Source of the DNA: a virus
Taxonomy: Duplodnaviria > Caudoviricetes
Direction: 5' to 3' (one strand)
DNA length: 58,666 nucleotides
IMG/VR virus record: IMGVR_UViG_3300028383_000267
Coordinates: 1 to 58,666 of that record
The position numbers and the translations under genes are program-made. Numbering within the stretch: the stretch's first letter is position 1; the number at the start of each line of letters is the position of its first letter. Positions 47,816 through 57,170 of this stretch are shown one piece after another. The notes beneath the pieces were generated by a model, which had not been told where the DNA came from, made no database searches, and saw only the letters and a program-made list of their open reading frames with translations.

Positions 47816-48409
47816 TTATGACTTTTCTTTTTTCTTTGATGGAGAGAGTTCTTCTGCCTGCTCTCTCAAACGTTTTGCCTCCTTGAACATTTTGTCAGCA
47901 TCGCTGCGATATTTTGCAGCAAGATCCTCATCTGAGATTGCATCAGCTGTTACTGGAGCAGGTTCCGCTTGTGGCTCAGAGATAGGCTGTTCAGTAACAG
48001 GTTGTTCAGTTGTAGAAGAAGTTGTCTGAGAAAGAGCAAGATCCTCCACAGACACACCTTTCTGCTGCGCAATCTGCTGATTAAGCTCGTCCAGAGAGAT
48101 AACAGTGTTTTTATCAGGCATCATTTCTACTTCTTTAGTAGCTACCTTCATCATTCTGCCTGTGGTATGAAAGCCAGCTAACATGTTTCTACCGTCGGGC
48201 AGTTGAGTGCGCGACATTGCTTCTGCAAACTCATATGCACTCTGTCCTGTGTTGCTTTCTACAGCCTTCATAAGAGCATCGTGCTCGTCAGCCATTAGAT
48301 TTTCTGTTGTAACGACCACACAGCTATCAGGATCGCCTGGAACCGTGCGATATGCTACCACTATTTTTCTCTGATTGTTCTTGATTCTTCCAACGTGCTT
48401 GAGAGCCAT
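47816..48409 (-). CDS. Hypothetical phage protein
   Basis: 197 aa; low-complexity linker and charged C-terminal helix. Confidence 0.75.
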   Translation of the reverse strand: MALKHVGRIKNNQRKIVVAYRTVPGDPDSCVVVTTENLMADEHDALMKAVESNTGQSAYEFAEAMSRTQLPDGRNMLAGFHTTGRMMKVATKEVEMMPDKNTVISLDELNQQIAQQKGVSVEDLALSQTTSSTTEQPVTEQPISEPQAEPAPVTADAISDEDLAAKYRSDADKMFKEAKRLREQAEELSPSKKKEKS

Positions 48410-48642
48410 TATGATTCCCCTTGTGTTCCCTGCTGATTAGAAACAGCAGCTAAAAATGTTTCCAACTTGGTGTAGGTTTGTCCCACAGTCATCATTTCGT
48501 TGGGTCTAAATGCGCCGCGCTGGCTTGCGACATCGATAATCTGCTTGATTGCAGAGAGATCCTGCACAGTAAGCTCGGCACCTGCTTCGCTGCCAGTGTC
48601 CTCTGCTTCTTGTGTTTCTGGTGTAGTTGTTTCGTCCGTCAT
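48409..48642 (-). CDS. Hypothetical phage protein
   Basis: GGAGG RBS before the ATG at 48642; LTVQDL..IIDVASQRGAF; TAAATA upstream at 48670-48677. Confidence 0.75.
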   Translation of the reverse strand: MTDETTTPETQEAEDTGSEAGAELTVQDLSAIKQIIDVASQRGAFRPNEMMTVGQTYTKLETFLAAVSNQQGTQGES

Positions 48643-48675
48643 TCTATCCTCCAAATAATATGCGTGTTTTATTTA

Positions 48676-48826
48676 CTAATACTTTAGATAAGGACAACCC
48701 AAAGTGAATACAGACACTTCTTTCGGATCTTCGAATCCTATTTTGATTACTCGAGACTGTTTGTTGTTTCGATCAAGTTCGTGAGAAGTCTAACGGGTTA
48801 ATCTTCTTAGGTCTATTTTTAAGCAT
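48676..48826 (-). pseudogene. Collapsed/frameshifted small gene
   Basis: ATG overlapping the VWA gene end gives MLKNRPKKINPLDF; another frame gives HELDRNNKQSRVIKIGFEDPKEVSVFTLGCPYLKY*; span 151 nt, out of frame. Confidence 0.55.
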
Positions 48827-50084
48827 CTTCGTAGTATGTGGTTACTCCGAACGGTGCTTCTGGCGCTCTGCCATACACCGAATGAATAAGAAATACCGTA
48901 TCGCAATAGTCCGGATCGCCCCAACTGCTCCACGGCATGCCGTCTGTAAACATGATAAATTTCTTGGGTTGAATATCATGCTCTTTCATGTAATTCCAGT
49001 TGCAGTCAAAGTCGGTTCCGCCACCGCCTTTAATGTCGTAGTCTGTAATTTTGCGTCCGTCGTCTGCTGAAAACTCGTCTTGATTATAAACTTCAGTATC
49101 AAAGCACCACAGTTTAATGCGATAGTCCTCATACTGGTCCATGATGCCTTTAATCTCGCTCAAAAACACCCGAGCTTGTTCGTCTCCGATAGATCCACTC
49201 ATATCAAGCGCAATGCAAATATCAATTGTCTCGTCAAAGTTCTGACCAGGAAGCACAGCGCCCATGTGCCAGCCCTTGCGTGACGGCCGAGCAAAAGTAA
49301 AGTCGTTCTTGATAGTGCTCTGAATCTGCTGCTGCAGAATCTCACGCCAGTTCATTTTAGGCTCAGTGAGATCTTTAATCATTCTCTCAATTTCGCCAGG
49401 CACATTGCCAGCACCAGCACCTTGCGCAGCAGAAATCATATTTTCTTTGATCTCGTCGCGAATTTTTTCTAGTTCTTCTCGAGTGTATTTAGGGCGTCCA
49501 CCTTTGCCATCGCCGTCTTTCTTGTCCTTGCCAGAACCATTACTTTCCTGTTCCTTCTCCCAGTCGACATGCTCGTCAAGCATTTTGCCCAGTTCGTCAA
49601 GGTCGATCTTATCAGCCTGATCATAAAGTTCGTCGTAGATCTCTTCAGACGTCCAGCCGTCATACTTGTAGTCCTGGTAGATCTGAATGTCTGGCACATC
49701 ACCGATTTTGTCGCGCACAAGTGTATTGTTCACCTTGTAATCACATGCTACATTATACAACTGCGGATTGCGTTCTTCTCGACGAATAATATGGTCAAAC
49801 ACACAATGAAGAATCTCATGTGCAATAACAAACTCAATCTGTTTGGTAGTGAGCTTGTTAAAAAATTGTGAATTGTAAAACAGATTGCGACCGTCTGTAG
49901 CAGCCGTAGGGCACCAACCGTCACAAGGCTGAACACGCAGACGAGTTGCCATATTACCGAACCACGGATGACGGAGAAGTAGTCCTACGCGAGCAGTAAT
50001 TACCTTCTCTTTTACTTCATCCTGCAGAGCAGCAAGTGCTTCTTTGGAAAGTTCTTCGTGTTCTAGTAGAGTATCGTCTGCCAC
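48819..50084 (-). CDS. Metallopeptidase-like plus VWA domain protein
   Basis: TAATDG, AHEILH (HExxH), MIDAS DMSGS, GGGGTDF, FTDG. Confidence 0.9.
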   Translation of the reverse strand: MADDTLLEHEELSKEALAALQDEVKEKVITARVGLLLRHPWFGNMATRLRVQPCDGWCPTAATDGRNLFYNSQFFNKLTTKQIEFVIAHEILHCVFDHIIRREERNPQLYNVACDYKVNNTLVRDKIGDVPDIQIYQDYKYDGWTSEEIYDELYDQADKIDLDELGKMLDEHVDWEKEQESNGSGKDKKDGDGKGGRPKYTREELEKIRDEIKENMISAAQGAGAGNVPGEIERMIKDLTEPKMNWREILQQQIQSTIKNDFTFARPSRKGWHMGAVLPGQNFDETIDICIALDMSGSIGDEQARVFLSEIKGIMDQYEDYRIKLWCFDTEVYNQDEFSADDGRKITDYDIKGGGGTDFDCNWNYMKEHDIQPKKFIMFTDGMPWSSWGDPDYCDTVFLIHSVYGRAPEAPFGVTTYYEDA

Positions 50085-50113
50085 AGTGTTCTCCTAATTG
50101 CCAGTGTATATAT

Positions 50114-50142
50114 ATAATACACAATAGTAAGGGATTAGTCAA
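50114..50142 (-). promoter_or_regulatory. Putative sigma70 promoter
   Basis: TTGACT, 17-nt spacer, TATTAT upstream of 50084. Confidence 0.65.
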
Positions 50143-50144
50143 GA

Positions 50145-50170
50145 ATTGGGGCGAACGAATCGCCCCAATA
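50145..50170 (-). terminator. Stem-loop, probable intrinsic terminator after the AAA gene
   Basis: attggggcga-acgaa-tcgccccaat inverted repeat immediately after the stop at 50172; short U-tract. Confidence 0.65.
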
Positions 50171-50171
50171 T

Positions 50172-51254
50172 TTACGCCTTCTGAGCGGCTGTAATATACT
50201 TGCCGTAACGCTCGTGGAACTCGTCAAAGCACTCAATCGCGTCCGGATCAATAGGCAGGCTATATTGCGTCAACGCCAGCTTGATACCCATAACCACCAA
50301 CTCTGTTTCGAAATTGTCCATTGAAAAACGCAGGAAGTTGTTGACTTTGTCATCAAACTTCTTGTCGTTTGCGTCGCTGGCTTCTTTAAGCTCATAGCAG
50401 AGAGAAACTGTAAGAGAATACATTGCGGAAATTTCTTTTGTGTTGAGCTCAGTTACCTTGCCTTCAAGAATGTCACCAGGATTAGGCATCTGCGATGCAA
50501 CCTTGCGATGTGCCATAAACTTAACAGCTAGACCTTCTCCTACAGCACCTGACACAAGATCAGTGGTAGTGCTTTCGTCTAGGCTGTCTTCGAGCAGTTC
50601 GCTTACAAAACTCCACGAACGAGGCGTTGCAAACGAACGACTAGGCGACTTGGGATCGAAATCGTACAGATCCTTCTTGGAGAAAGTCAGATAACCTACA
50701 ACATCCGTGTGAATGCTATTGTCAACAGCCCACTGGAACCAATCATCAAAGCTCACAGTCATTTCAAGGTGAACAAAGCGATTAGCCAACGGCGCTGGCA
50801 TGCGATAGGTTACACCCTTGTCAGCCTCTCGGTTACCAGCAGCTACAATGTATACATTGTCAGGCAGAGTGTAAGTGCCAACCTTGCGATTGAGGATAAG
50901 CTGATAAGCAGCAGCCTGCACAGCCGGAGCCGCAGAGTTCATCTCATCGAGAAACAGCACAATGTTGTCGTGCTGAGAAGCAAGCTCGTCGTCTGGAAGT
51001 TCAAGCGGCGGAGCCCAAACCATCTTGCCAATGTTGGAATCAAAGTAAGGAATACCCTTGATGTCAGTTGGCTCCCAAAGCGAAAGACGAACATCAATTA
51101 CCTTGGCATTCATCTGCTCGCCGATCTGGTGAACAATGTCACTCTTGCCGATGCCAGGAGGACCCCAAAGAAAGATTGGACGCTTCTTGCGAATAGCGTG
51201 ATTAATAGATGCCTTGGCAGAGTTAGGCGTAAGTTGACGAGTTGCAGTATCCAT
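50172..51254 (-). CDS. MoxR-like AAA+ ATPase
   Basis: Walker A GPPGIGKS, Walker B LFLDE, AAGN, LANRF, TPRSW; paired with a VWA gene. Confidence 0.9.
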   Translation of the reverse strand: MDTATRQLTPNSAKASINHAIRKKRPIFLWGPPGIGKSDIVHQIGEQMNAKVIDVRLSLWEPTDIKGIPYFDSNIGKMVWAPPLELPDDELASQHDNIVLFLDEMNSAAPAVQAAAYQLILNRKVGTYTLPDNVYIVAAGNREADKGVTYRMPAPLANRFVHLEMTVSFDDWFQWAVDNSIHTDVVGYLTFSKKDLYDFDPKSPSRSFATPRSWSFVSELLEDSLDESTTTDLVSGAVGEGLAVKFMAHRKVASQMPNPGDILEGKVTELNTKEISAMYSLTVSLCYELKEASDANDKKFDDKVNNFLRFSMDNFETELVVMGIKLALTQYSLPIDPDAIECFDEFHERYGKYITAAQKA

Positions 51255-51293
51255 AAGTACCTCTAGTTGCAGTTGTGTTTAAGTTCAAGTATT

Positions 51294-51321
51294 ATTATAC
51301 AGGAATGCAGGCGAGTGTCAA
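51294..51321 (-). promoter_or_regulatory. Putative sigma70 promoter
   Basis: TTGACA, 16-nt spacer, TATAAT upstream of 51254. Confidence 0.65.
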
Positions 51322-51710
51322 TCGTTTTTGGCTTCTTGTCTTGCCAAGGCTTTCGAAATACCATATTTTTTGATATCTCCTGAGAAGAGATGAAGCTCAA
51401 GAGACTTCTTGTCATCTGTTACAAACATACTTCTTTTGCCGAGATAATAAGGACAATCTATGAAGTTGTCAAGCCAAATTATAATTTGTGTAGTAAAATG
51501 CATGTCGGGTGCGTAAGGCACTTCGTAGAACGTTATGTCTAGATCTTCAGTCATCATTCGATAACCTTCTTCCGTAAGGCGCATGCCACCTGTCTCTTTT
51601 GTTCGAGGATTGCGCCACCATTCTGCTAAAGCAGAACGAACAGAAAGGTCATTTACAGATTGGTCAAGCTGCTTGAGAAAGACCTTGGTATAGCTTTCTT
51701 TCCAGTTCAT
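51318..51710 (-). CDS. Hypothetical phage protein
   Basis: 130 aa, coupled ORF (WW.NPR...GMRLT..G, CPYY, LFSGD). Confidence 0.75.
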   Translation of the reverse strand: MNWKESYTKVFLKQLDQSVNDLSVRSALAEWWRNPRTKETGGMRLTEEGYRMMTEDLDITFYEVPYAPDMHFTTQIIIWLDNFIDCPYYLGKRSMFVTDDKKSLELHLFSGDIKKYGISKALARQEAKND

Positions 51711-52000
51711 TCGTCTAACGAAATGATTTCGCCCTGAGTAAGCTTTACAACTTCAAACTCGTTCGTATTGAATAGAGAATTTAGCTTTTTTGCAAGGTTG
51801 ATTGCGTGACCAGGATTTGAAAAGGATACCTTAGGATATTTTGGTCCAGGATAATTAGTAAGCATATTTGCGGATTTGAGGTTGAACGGTTCGCCCTGAT
51901 AGAATACAGCCCAGATTGCTTCAGCCTTGAGTACCTGTTCTGTTTTATAGGTTTTCTTATCGATGTGTTCCAAAATTACATCAGGCTTAGGACGGCTCAT
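51707..52000 (-). CDS. Hypothetical phage protein
   Basis: 97 aa (MSRPKP...GPKY..VSFSNPGHA.NLAKKLN); GATAAATA upstream. Confidence 0.75.
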   Translation of the reverse strand: MSRPKPDVILEHIDKKTYKTEQVLKAEAIWAVFYQGEPFNLKSANMLTNYPGPKYPKVSFSNPGHAINLAKKLNSLFNTNEFEVVKLTQGEIISLDE

Positions 52001-52031
52001 GTGCGTGTTTCCTTTTCATTAACTACGCACT

Positions 52032-52039
52032 TATTTATC
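52032..52039 (-). promoter_or_regulatory. Putative late promoter (GATAAATA)
   Basis: Third exact copy of the octamer, intergenic, upstream of 52000. Confidence 0.55.
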
Positions 52040-52042
52040 TTT

Positions 52043-52288
52043 TTACCAGCTAGAACCTCCGTCAAGCTTTACTTCAATTACTTCATCAGACGATCCACCT
52101 TGCCGAGCAATTATCTCTTCAAGATTGCCTTCTAGACGCGCCATAGTCTCACCAAGACAGAAGGCCAATCTTTTTGCGGTTTGAAGATCCAGTTTTACTT
52201 CTTTTGCTTTGTTAGCATCAGCAGACCGAACCTGCTGAATAAACTGTTGAACAGGAGCAGTATTTAGGGGTTCTGATTTATTTGACAC
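52043..52288 (-). CDS. Hypothetical phage protein
   Basis: 81 aa coupled ORF. Confidence 0.7.
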   Translation of the reverse strand: MSNKSEPLNTAPVQQFIQQVRSADANKAKEVKLDLQTAKRLAFCLGETMARLEGNLEEIIARQGGSSDEVIEVKLDGGSSW

Positions 52289-52733
52289 GACCGAGCTCCT
52301 CTCGTGCTTCTAATTCAGTCTTGAAAGGACCTTTAAAATCATTTCGTTCAAGGGTAATCAGTTTAGGACAGAAGCTTTTCACCCAGCCTTTGTCAAACTT
52401 AACCACATAATATCCTGCGCAGTAAACGCTTTTTGATTTTTCGCTCTTAGTAAAAAGAGGGATCTTTCTTCGCACATCATACATGGGATTGTAGGGCTTA
52501 TAGGATGTAGGAAAGCCGTGAACTTCATAAGAAATAGAATTTTCTAGCTGTTTGTGACCCCATTTTATGCTGCCTAGCGATTTCTTCAGTTGATTCTCAG
52601 AGTTGAAAACTGTAGTACCGTTTTTGTCACTCAAAATGTATTTGTCTTCGTCTAGTGTAAGAGTGCCTACCTTGGCACCTTCGTTCTCTACAATCCAAAA
52701 TTTTCCTTCTAGAATAGGTTTAGCATTCGCCAT
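52278..52733 (-). CDS. Hypothetical phage protein
   Basis: ATG at 52733 with a GAGG RBS; P.FTKS.KSKS.YCAGYY...FCPKLITL...GPFKT. Confidence 0.7.
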   Translation of the reverse strand: MANAKPILEGKFWIVENEGAKVGTLTLDEDKYILSDKNGTTVFNSENQLKKSLGSIKWGHKQLENSISYEVHGFPTSYKPYNPMYDVRRKIPLFTKSEKSKSVYCAGYYVVKFDKGWVKSFCPKLITLERNDFKGPFKTELEAREELGRVK

Positions 52734-53712
52734 CGGGATACCTCGCTGATAATGGTTTTGCAAATGTGGATGCCTGATCTGCGATCTTCTGCATATCCCA
52801 CTTTGTACAGAATTTCATAAGTCTAAGTCCTACCTGCGATACTGACTTAGACTCTATATTTTGTGTTTCGTTGTCTATAATTTCTCTAATCTCTTGAGGT
52901 TGTGCTGTTAGATCACATAGAACAACATTTCTATTATAGTCATCGATAACACGATGCTCTTCGCCTTTATGATCTACCCAGCGCTGCAGCATTAGGTTAT
53001 TCCAATTGAAGCCTTTTGTGTTCTTGTCGTCAAATGCCTCAAATAGGCCAACCTTGTTTTTAGTGCCTTTCTTGCGTACACCGGGGTAAGCAGAAAACAC
53101 ATTGTCTGACGTATCGCCTCGCATACACTTTTCAAACAGCATCCACTCAGGATTCGGAGCAGGCTTTTCTGTTTGTGTTTTCTTGTCTATTACTCTCTCG
53201 CCTTTGTCGTCAAAATAGCCTTCGTGTGTAATAGTAGTAGAAGTAACGCCGTTATACTGCTTGACATTGGGCGCAATCAGCTGAGCAAAATCACCGTCTG
53301 TGGAGATAATAACATGATTGTCGTTGGGGTGATTCTGACACCAACCTGCTATAAGATCGTCTGCTTCAAGACGTTCGTGACGCAGCACTGTGACATTTGT
53401 TTTTTCAATAAGAAATGTCTTCAACTCGTCAAAGATTTCCCAGAACACTCGATCCTCTTCCTCTTCTTTTGCAGTCATTGCTGATCGTGCTTCTTTTCTA
53501 TTGCGCTTGTAAGGCTCGTAGAAATCTTTGCGCCATGAGCGTCCTTCTAGGCAGACCACAACATGATCACCGTCGAAGTCTTCCCATGCTTTCTTGAGAG
53601 AAGACAAAGTGATATGTATAGCCATACCGACCTTGGTATCAATGTCGCCGCGAACAACATGTCGAGCGCGGAAAAAAACATTTGCAGTGTCTAGCAAAAT
53701 ATATGTGCTCAT
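52720..53712 (-). CDS. rnh: T4 RNase H-like 5'-3' exonuclease/flap endonuclease
   Basis: LLD..N.FFR, SWRKD.Y..YK.NR, EADD, ISTDGDF.QL, GD.SDN...PGV. Confidence 0.9.
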   Translation of the reverse strand: MSTYILLDTANVFFRARHVVRGDIDTKVGMAIHITLSSLKKAWEDFDGDHVVVCLEGRSWRKDFYEPYKRNRKEARSAMTAKEEEEDRVFWEIFDELKTFLIEKTNVTVLRHERLEADDLIAGWCQNHPNDNHVIISTDGDFAQLIAPNVKQYNGVTSTTITHEGYFDDKGERVIDKKTQTEKPAPNPEWMLFEKCMRGDTSDNVFSAYPGVRKKGTKNKVGLFEAFDDKNTKGFNWNNLMLQRWVDHKGEEHRVIDDYNRNVVLCDLTAQPQEIREIIDNETQNIESKSVSQVGLRLMKFCTKWDMQKIADQASTFAKPLSARYPDGEC

Positions 53713-53772
53713 ACAGGATCCATTCCTAAGCTTTTAGTAACATCAAAGATATCTTTACCTTCAATATAATAC

Positions 53773-53801
53773 ACTATAGCATCTCTTGGTTTAAGAAGCA
53801 A
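53773..53801 (-). promoter_or_regulatory. Putative sigma70 promoter for rnh
   Basis: TTGCTT, 17-nt spacer, TATAGT. Confidence 0.5.
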
Positions 53802-53830
53802 GAAATCATTATCCGGTAGATATAAATGCA

Positions 53831-54214
53831 TTAAGAAACTTCCGATCGCCCTTCGTCAAGAGGATTGACATTTATATAGCCCATGCCTCTTTCTGTGTCG
53901 ACACCTTCCTCTGCCAGCATCTGAGTTACAATAGTTCTAAACCAAGCATCCACAATCTCTTCGTTGGTTTCGCCTTTGTATCCTGCATCCAATAGTCTTT
54001 CAATAAATTCGTTGTTCCAGTCTAGTTCAAAGAAACCATTGCGAATGTTTTCAGGATTAACCTGCGTGTCCAATACTGCTACCCAGGGTTCGCCCTTGCT
54101 GGTTGCTTCTGCCTTTTCCTGTTCTAGAGTTTCTCTGCGAACATCTTCTGAAGTTTTTTCTTCTGCAGGAACTTCTTCTTTATTTGGTTTCAGTTTCTTC
54201 CAAAAGTTAAACAT
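53831..54214 (-). CDS. Hypothetical phage protein
   Basis: 127 aa (ATSKGEPWV.VL...GFFELDWN..F...L..AGY.G). Confidence 0.75.
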   Translation of the reverse strand: MFNFWKKLKPNKEEVPAEEKTSEDVRRETLEQEKAEATSKGEPWVAVLDTQVNPENIRNGFFELDWNNEFIERLLDAGYKGETNEEIVDAWFRTIVTQMLAEEGVDTERGMGYINVNPLDEGRSEVS

Positions 54215-54539
54215 TTTCTACCTCTGCTGGCTTTGATTGGAGGCAACCGTAAACAATAGTTGCTACAAAGTTCACATAAGGAATCAAGAACAGTAATATC
54301 CACCAAGGCGAGATACCAGCATCTCTACAGCGTCTTGCTGCTGTAGCAAACTGCAACCATAATGCTGCAATTACTAAAGCAATTAAGCCGATCACACCAA
54401 TATAGATTCCTGTTGTGCCAGTAAACATTAAACCTTCTAGAATAATTGTGCCGAAGAAAGTTACTGCAAAAGTAATGAATACCACTGCCCAATACTCCTG
54501 CCTCATAGCGAGACCTGTAAAACTAAAATACCTAGACAT
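54207..54539 (-). CDS. DUF805/YhaH-like inner-membrane protein
   Basis: YFSFTG...RQEYW, ARRCRDAGIS.WW.LL.LIP; 3 hydrophobic segments. Confidence 0.8.
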   Translation of the reverse strand: MSRYFSFTGLAMRQEYWAVVFITFAVTFFGTIILEGLMFTGTTGIYIGVIGLIALVIAALWLQFATAARRCRDAGISPWWILLFLIPYVNFVATIVYGCLQSKPAEVENV

Positions 54540-54588
54540 TGTTAATCTCCTTTAAAATCCTGATTTTCTAAGTTTATCTGTAGGATCA

Positions 54589-55404
54589 TCATGTCCCCCA
54601 TGCGTTGCCGAACAATTCGATGTGGAGCCTCGGAGTGTATCTCCAGCCTCTTGCCATTGCAAGTTTTGCAACTCTGTCTGTGTTAAGTTCATACTCCTCC
54701 GAGCGTCCGCCGAGAGGCATGATGTAGACCGGACATTGGACACCCGCCTCTTTAAATTGTTCAGTTGCTCTAGTAACTTCGTCGACATCTCTTTCGTCAG
54801 CAACCACAAACTTAAAATACTGGTTACTGTTAGGAATAGCATGATATTGCCTAGCAATCTCACCCCTAATAGCATCATCCCAACGCTCTCCCGAAACTGT
54901 GAGTTTTGGGGAACACGAAAAGGTAACATGTATTCTGTCTTGAGTTCTGAGCCAATGTTCAAAATCTGGCTGTAGTTTCTGTGTTGTATTTGTTTCAATA
55001 GTGACATTTTTTAGGTCCTGCATATCTGGATGAGCAAACAGTTCTGGCCAAAATTTCTGCCAGAGCATGGGCTCACCACCTGTTAGTATAAGATGAATAT
55101 CTTGTCCGTTCGATTGTGTCCATCTTCCTTCTGGAATGAGAGATAGAAGATGCTCTACAGTTTCGTCCACTGTCTTATTTTGCATAAACTTCTTGAACTC
55201 TGGGGTTTTTGTTTTTTCAACAACTCCACTGTCTAACAGTTCTTTAACCTCGGGATTGTGCTTACCCATTTCCTCTTCTCTGTCTCTACCAAACGATCTA
55301 CAACGGAAGTTGCAGCCAAATGTTCGCAAGAATAATGACGGAACTCCGACGAATCTGCCTTCGCCTTGTATTGAGTAAAATGCTTCTGAATAACGTAGAT
55401 TCAT
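54589..55404 (-). CDS. queE: 7-carboxy-7-deazaguanine synthase QueE (radical SAM), apparently lacking the third cluster Cys
   Basis: SE.FYSIQGEG..VGVPS.FLR.FGCNFRC, LTGGEP, IETN, SPKL, FKFVV, PRLH; no CD-type third Cys is present. Confidence 0.88.
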   Translation of the reverse strand: MNLRYSEAFYSIQGEGRFVGVPSLFLRTFGCNFRCRSFGRDREEEMGKHNPEVKELLDSGVVEKTKTPEFKKFMQNKTVDETVEHLLSLIPEGRWTQSNGQDIHLILTGGEPMLWQKFWPELFAHPDMQDLKNVTIETNTTQKLQPDFEHWLRTQDRIHVTFSCSPKLTVSGERWDDAIRGEIARQYHAIPNSNQYFKFVVADERDVDEVTRATEQFKEAGVQCPVYIMPLGGRSEEYELNTDRVAKLAMARGWRYTPRLHIELFGNAWGT

Positions 55405-55406
55405 TT

Positions 55407-56573
55407 TTATCCTTTGTAATATTCCTTAAGTCTAACATCTATGTCCATATCTTTCAACACTTTTTTTATTATGCCAAAATCAAAATCTTGTTGAAACTCT
55501 TTATTATACAAATAGTTGTCCATTAAATCAATATTTTTCTCAAATCTTTGTCTGTTTTCTTTCCATAAATTAGCTAGCGTTTTAGGCGAAGTTAAAAGAT
55601 TTTTATTGCAGTCAATTGCTTGTACTAATCTTTGTGTAGGGTCTCTAATTGAATCGTAACTATGATCTATAATATCATCAAAGACATCGAAACCAAATTT
55701 ATTCTTAAAGACATTTATAGAGTAAGGGCAATTAATGAATATAAAAAAATTCATTCCGTATACACACTGTATTTCCTTTTCACTAAAGAACGGCGTGGGT
55801 TCAAAATATAGGCTTCCTGTAATAATTTCTAGCAAAGTAGATTCGTAGACAGGATATAAATTATAATTATAATTATCAATCGGATCTTTTATTACACTGT
55901 TTGTTAATCTTGAAAATGAGCTTTTACATAAATTATTGTAGCCATTAATTATCTGCTGCATTTCCCCTTTATTAAATTTAAAGTAATCTTTTATTATATC
56001 TAGAAATCTTTCTCGTTCCATTTTAAAACCAGGAGTATACCCAATTTTTCCATACCTACTAACCTTGTTTTCCCCTAATAAATGTGATATTACTGCTAAT
56101 CTGTGTTCTTTTAAAGAATTATTGATGCAGAACCAAGATCTAGGCTTATTACCAAAATTCTTTAACCTACATTTTTTATATCTTTTTTCAAGTTTGATGT
56201 TAATCATGTGTTCTACATATAAGTTTGGAACATTTACATACTGTTCTAAGTTAGACTGATGACAAAGCAAGACAAATTTTTTGTCTGAATGATGTCTGCA
56301 AATATCTTGCATTTTATCAAAAGGTTTAATAGCCTTGTCTGCATAATAGTTAAAAGTGCTTTTATCTATTATTGAATCAGTACATACCCAAAAGATAATT
56401 TTAGCATGATAATCTAAATTAGCAAGATAATCATAATCAACCCCTTCCGGGTCATACAAAAATTCGATAATTTGGATGTCATAATCAATGTAAAATCTAG
56501 AAAAAAAATCAGTTACATTACTTCCTACAGGAAATGATCCGTTATCTGATAGATTTAAATAATCAACTTTCAT
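55407..56573 (-). CDS. Putative glycosyltransferase-like protein (same family as 19808)
   Basis: FCIN...KEHR, FFSEK, GFDVFDDIIDHSYD...RL; AT-rich. Confidence 0.45.
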   Translation of the reverse strand: MKVDYLNLSDNGSFPVGSNVTDFFSRFYIDYDIQIIEFLYDPEGVDYDYLANLDYHAKIIFWVCTDSIIDKSTFNYYADKAIKPFDKMQDICRHHSDKKFVLLCHQSNLEQYVNVPNLYVEHMINIKLEKRYKKCRLKNFGNKPRSWFCINNSLKEHRLAVISHLLGENKVSRYGKIGYTPGFKMERERFLDIIKDYFKFNKGEMQQIINGYNNLCKSSFSRLTNSVIKDPIDNYNYNLYPVYESTLLEIITGSLYFEPTPFFSEKEIQCVYGMNFFIFINCPYSINVFKNKFGFDVFDDIIDHSYDSIRDPTQRLVQAIDCNKNLLTSPKTLANLWKENRQRFEKNIDLMDNYLYNKEFQQDFDFGIIKKVLKDMDIDVRLKEYYKG

Positions 56574-57169
56574 TTAGAAACTTTTCTAGCTAATCTACCG
56601 GAATAGGTTCCTGATTCCTGCACATTTTTTGAAATATTACTAAATGCATTTACAATTACGTTATCTGTAACATATAAATTATTTAAAACAGAAGACCTAA
56701 AACCAAAAAAGCAGTGATTGCCTATAACAGTCCTTCCGGCTATAAGAGTACCAGAATGAAGTATACAATTTTCCCCTATAGTAGTGTTATGCGCGATTAG
56801 ACAATAAGTTTCAATTATACAATGATCGTTAATTTGAGAGTTTAGCAGAACACTGTTAAAACATCCTATAAAGACATTACTCCCTATTTTTGACCTAGGC
56901 GAAATAAAACATGTATCATGTATGAAGGAACAAAAATCTAATCCTTTTAACTGTATTTTTTTTATGACATCATAACGCTCTTTAAGGTTTAACGCTAAAC
57001 TAACTGTGTATTGAAATGTCTCTTTTTGTTCTAAAAAATTAAAATCTTCCGGGGGTACTATTTGAACATCTGCTTCCGATTCTAGTCGATAAGCATCAAA
57101 GTACTCCTGGGTAAGAGTAGATTGAGGATAACCTATAATCGCAATTTTTTTATCATTACCTATTATCAT
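56570..57169 (-). CDS. Hexapeptide-repeat (NeuD/PglD-like) sugar acetyltransferase
   Basis: IG..V.IG hexapeptide repeats, IAHNT.IG, C-terminal Y.G..ARK. ATG at 57169. Confidence 0.8.
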   Translation of the reverse strand: MIIGNDKKIAIIGYPQSTLTQEYFDAYRLESEADVQIVPPEDFNFLEQKETFQYTVSLALNLKERYDVIKKIQLKGLDFCSFIHDTCFISPRSKIGSNVFIGCFNSVLLNSQINDHCIIETYCLIAHNTTIGENCILHSGTLIAGRTVIGNHCFFGFRSSVLNNLYVTDNVIVNAFSNISKNVQESGTYSGRLARKVSK

Positions 57170-57170
57170 T

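Noticed and set aside
50440-51266. Plus-strand ORFs opposite the AAA ATPase
   Set aside because: Antisense shadows of a well-supported gene in a higher-GC region where stops are rarer.
54552-55007. 151-aa same-strand alternate-frame ORF overlapping queE
   Set aside because: Lies almost entirely over conserved QueE motifs in another frame; no RBS or recognisable motif.
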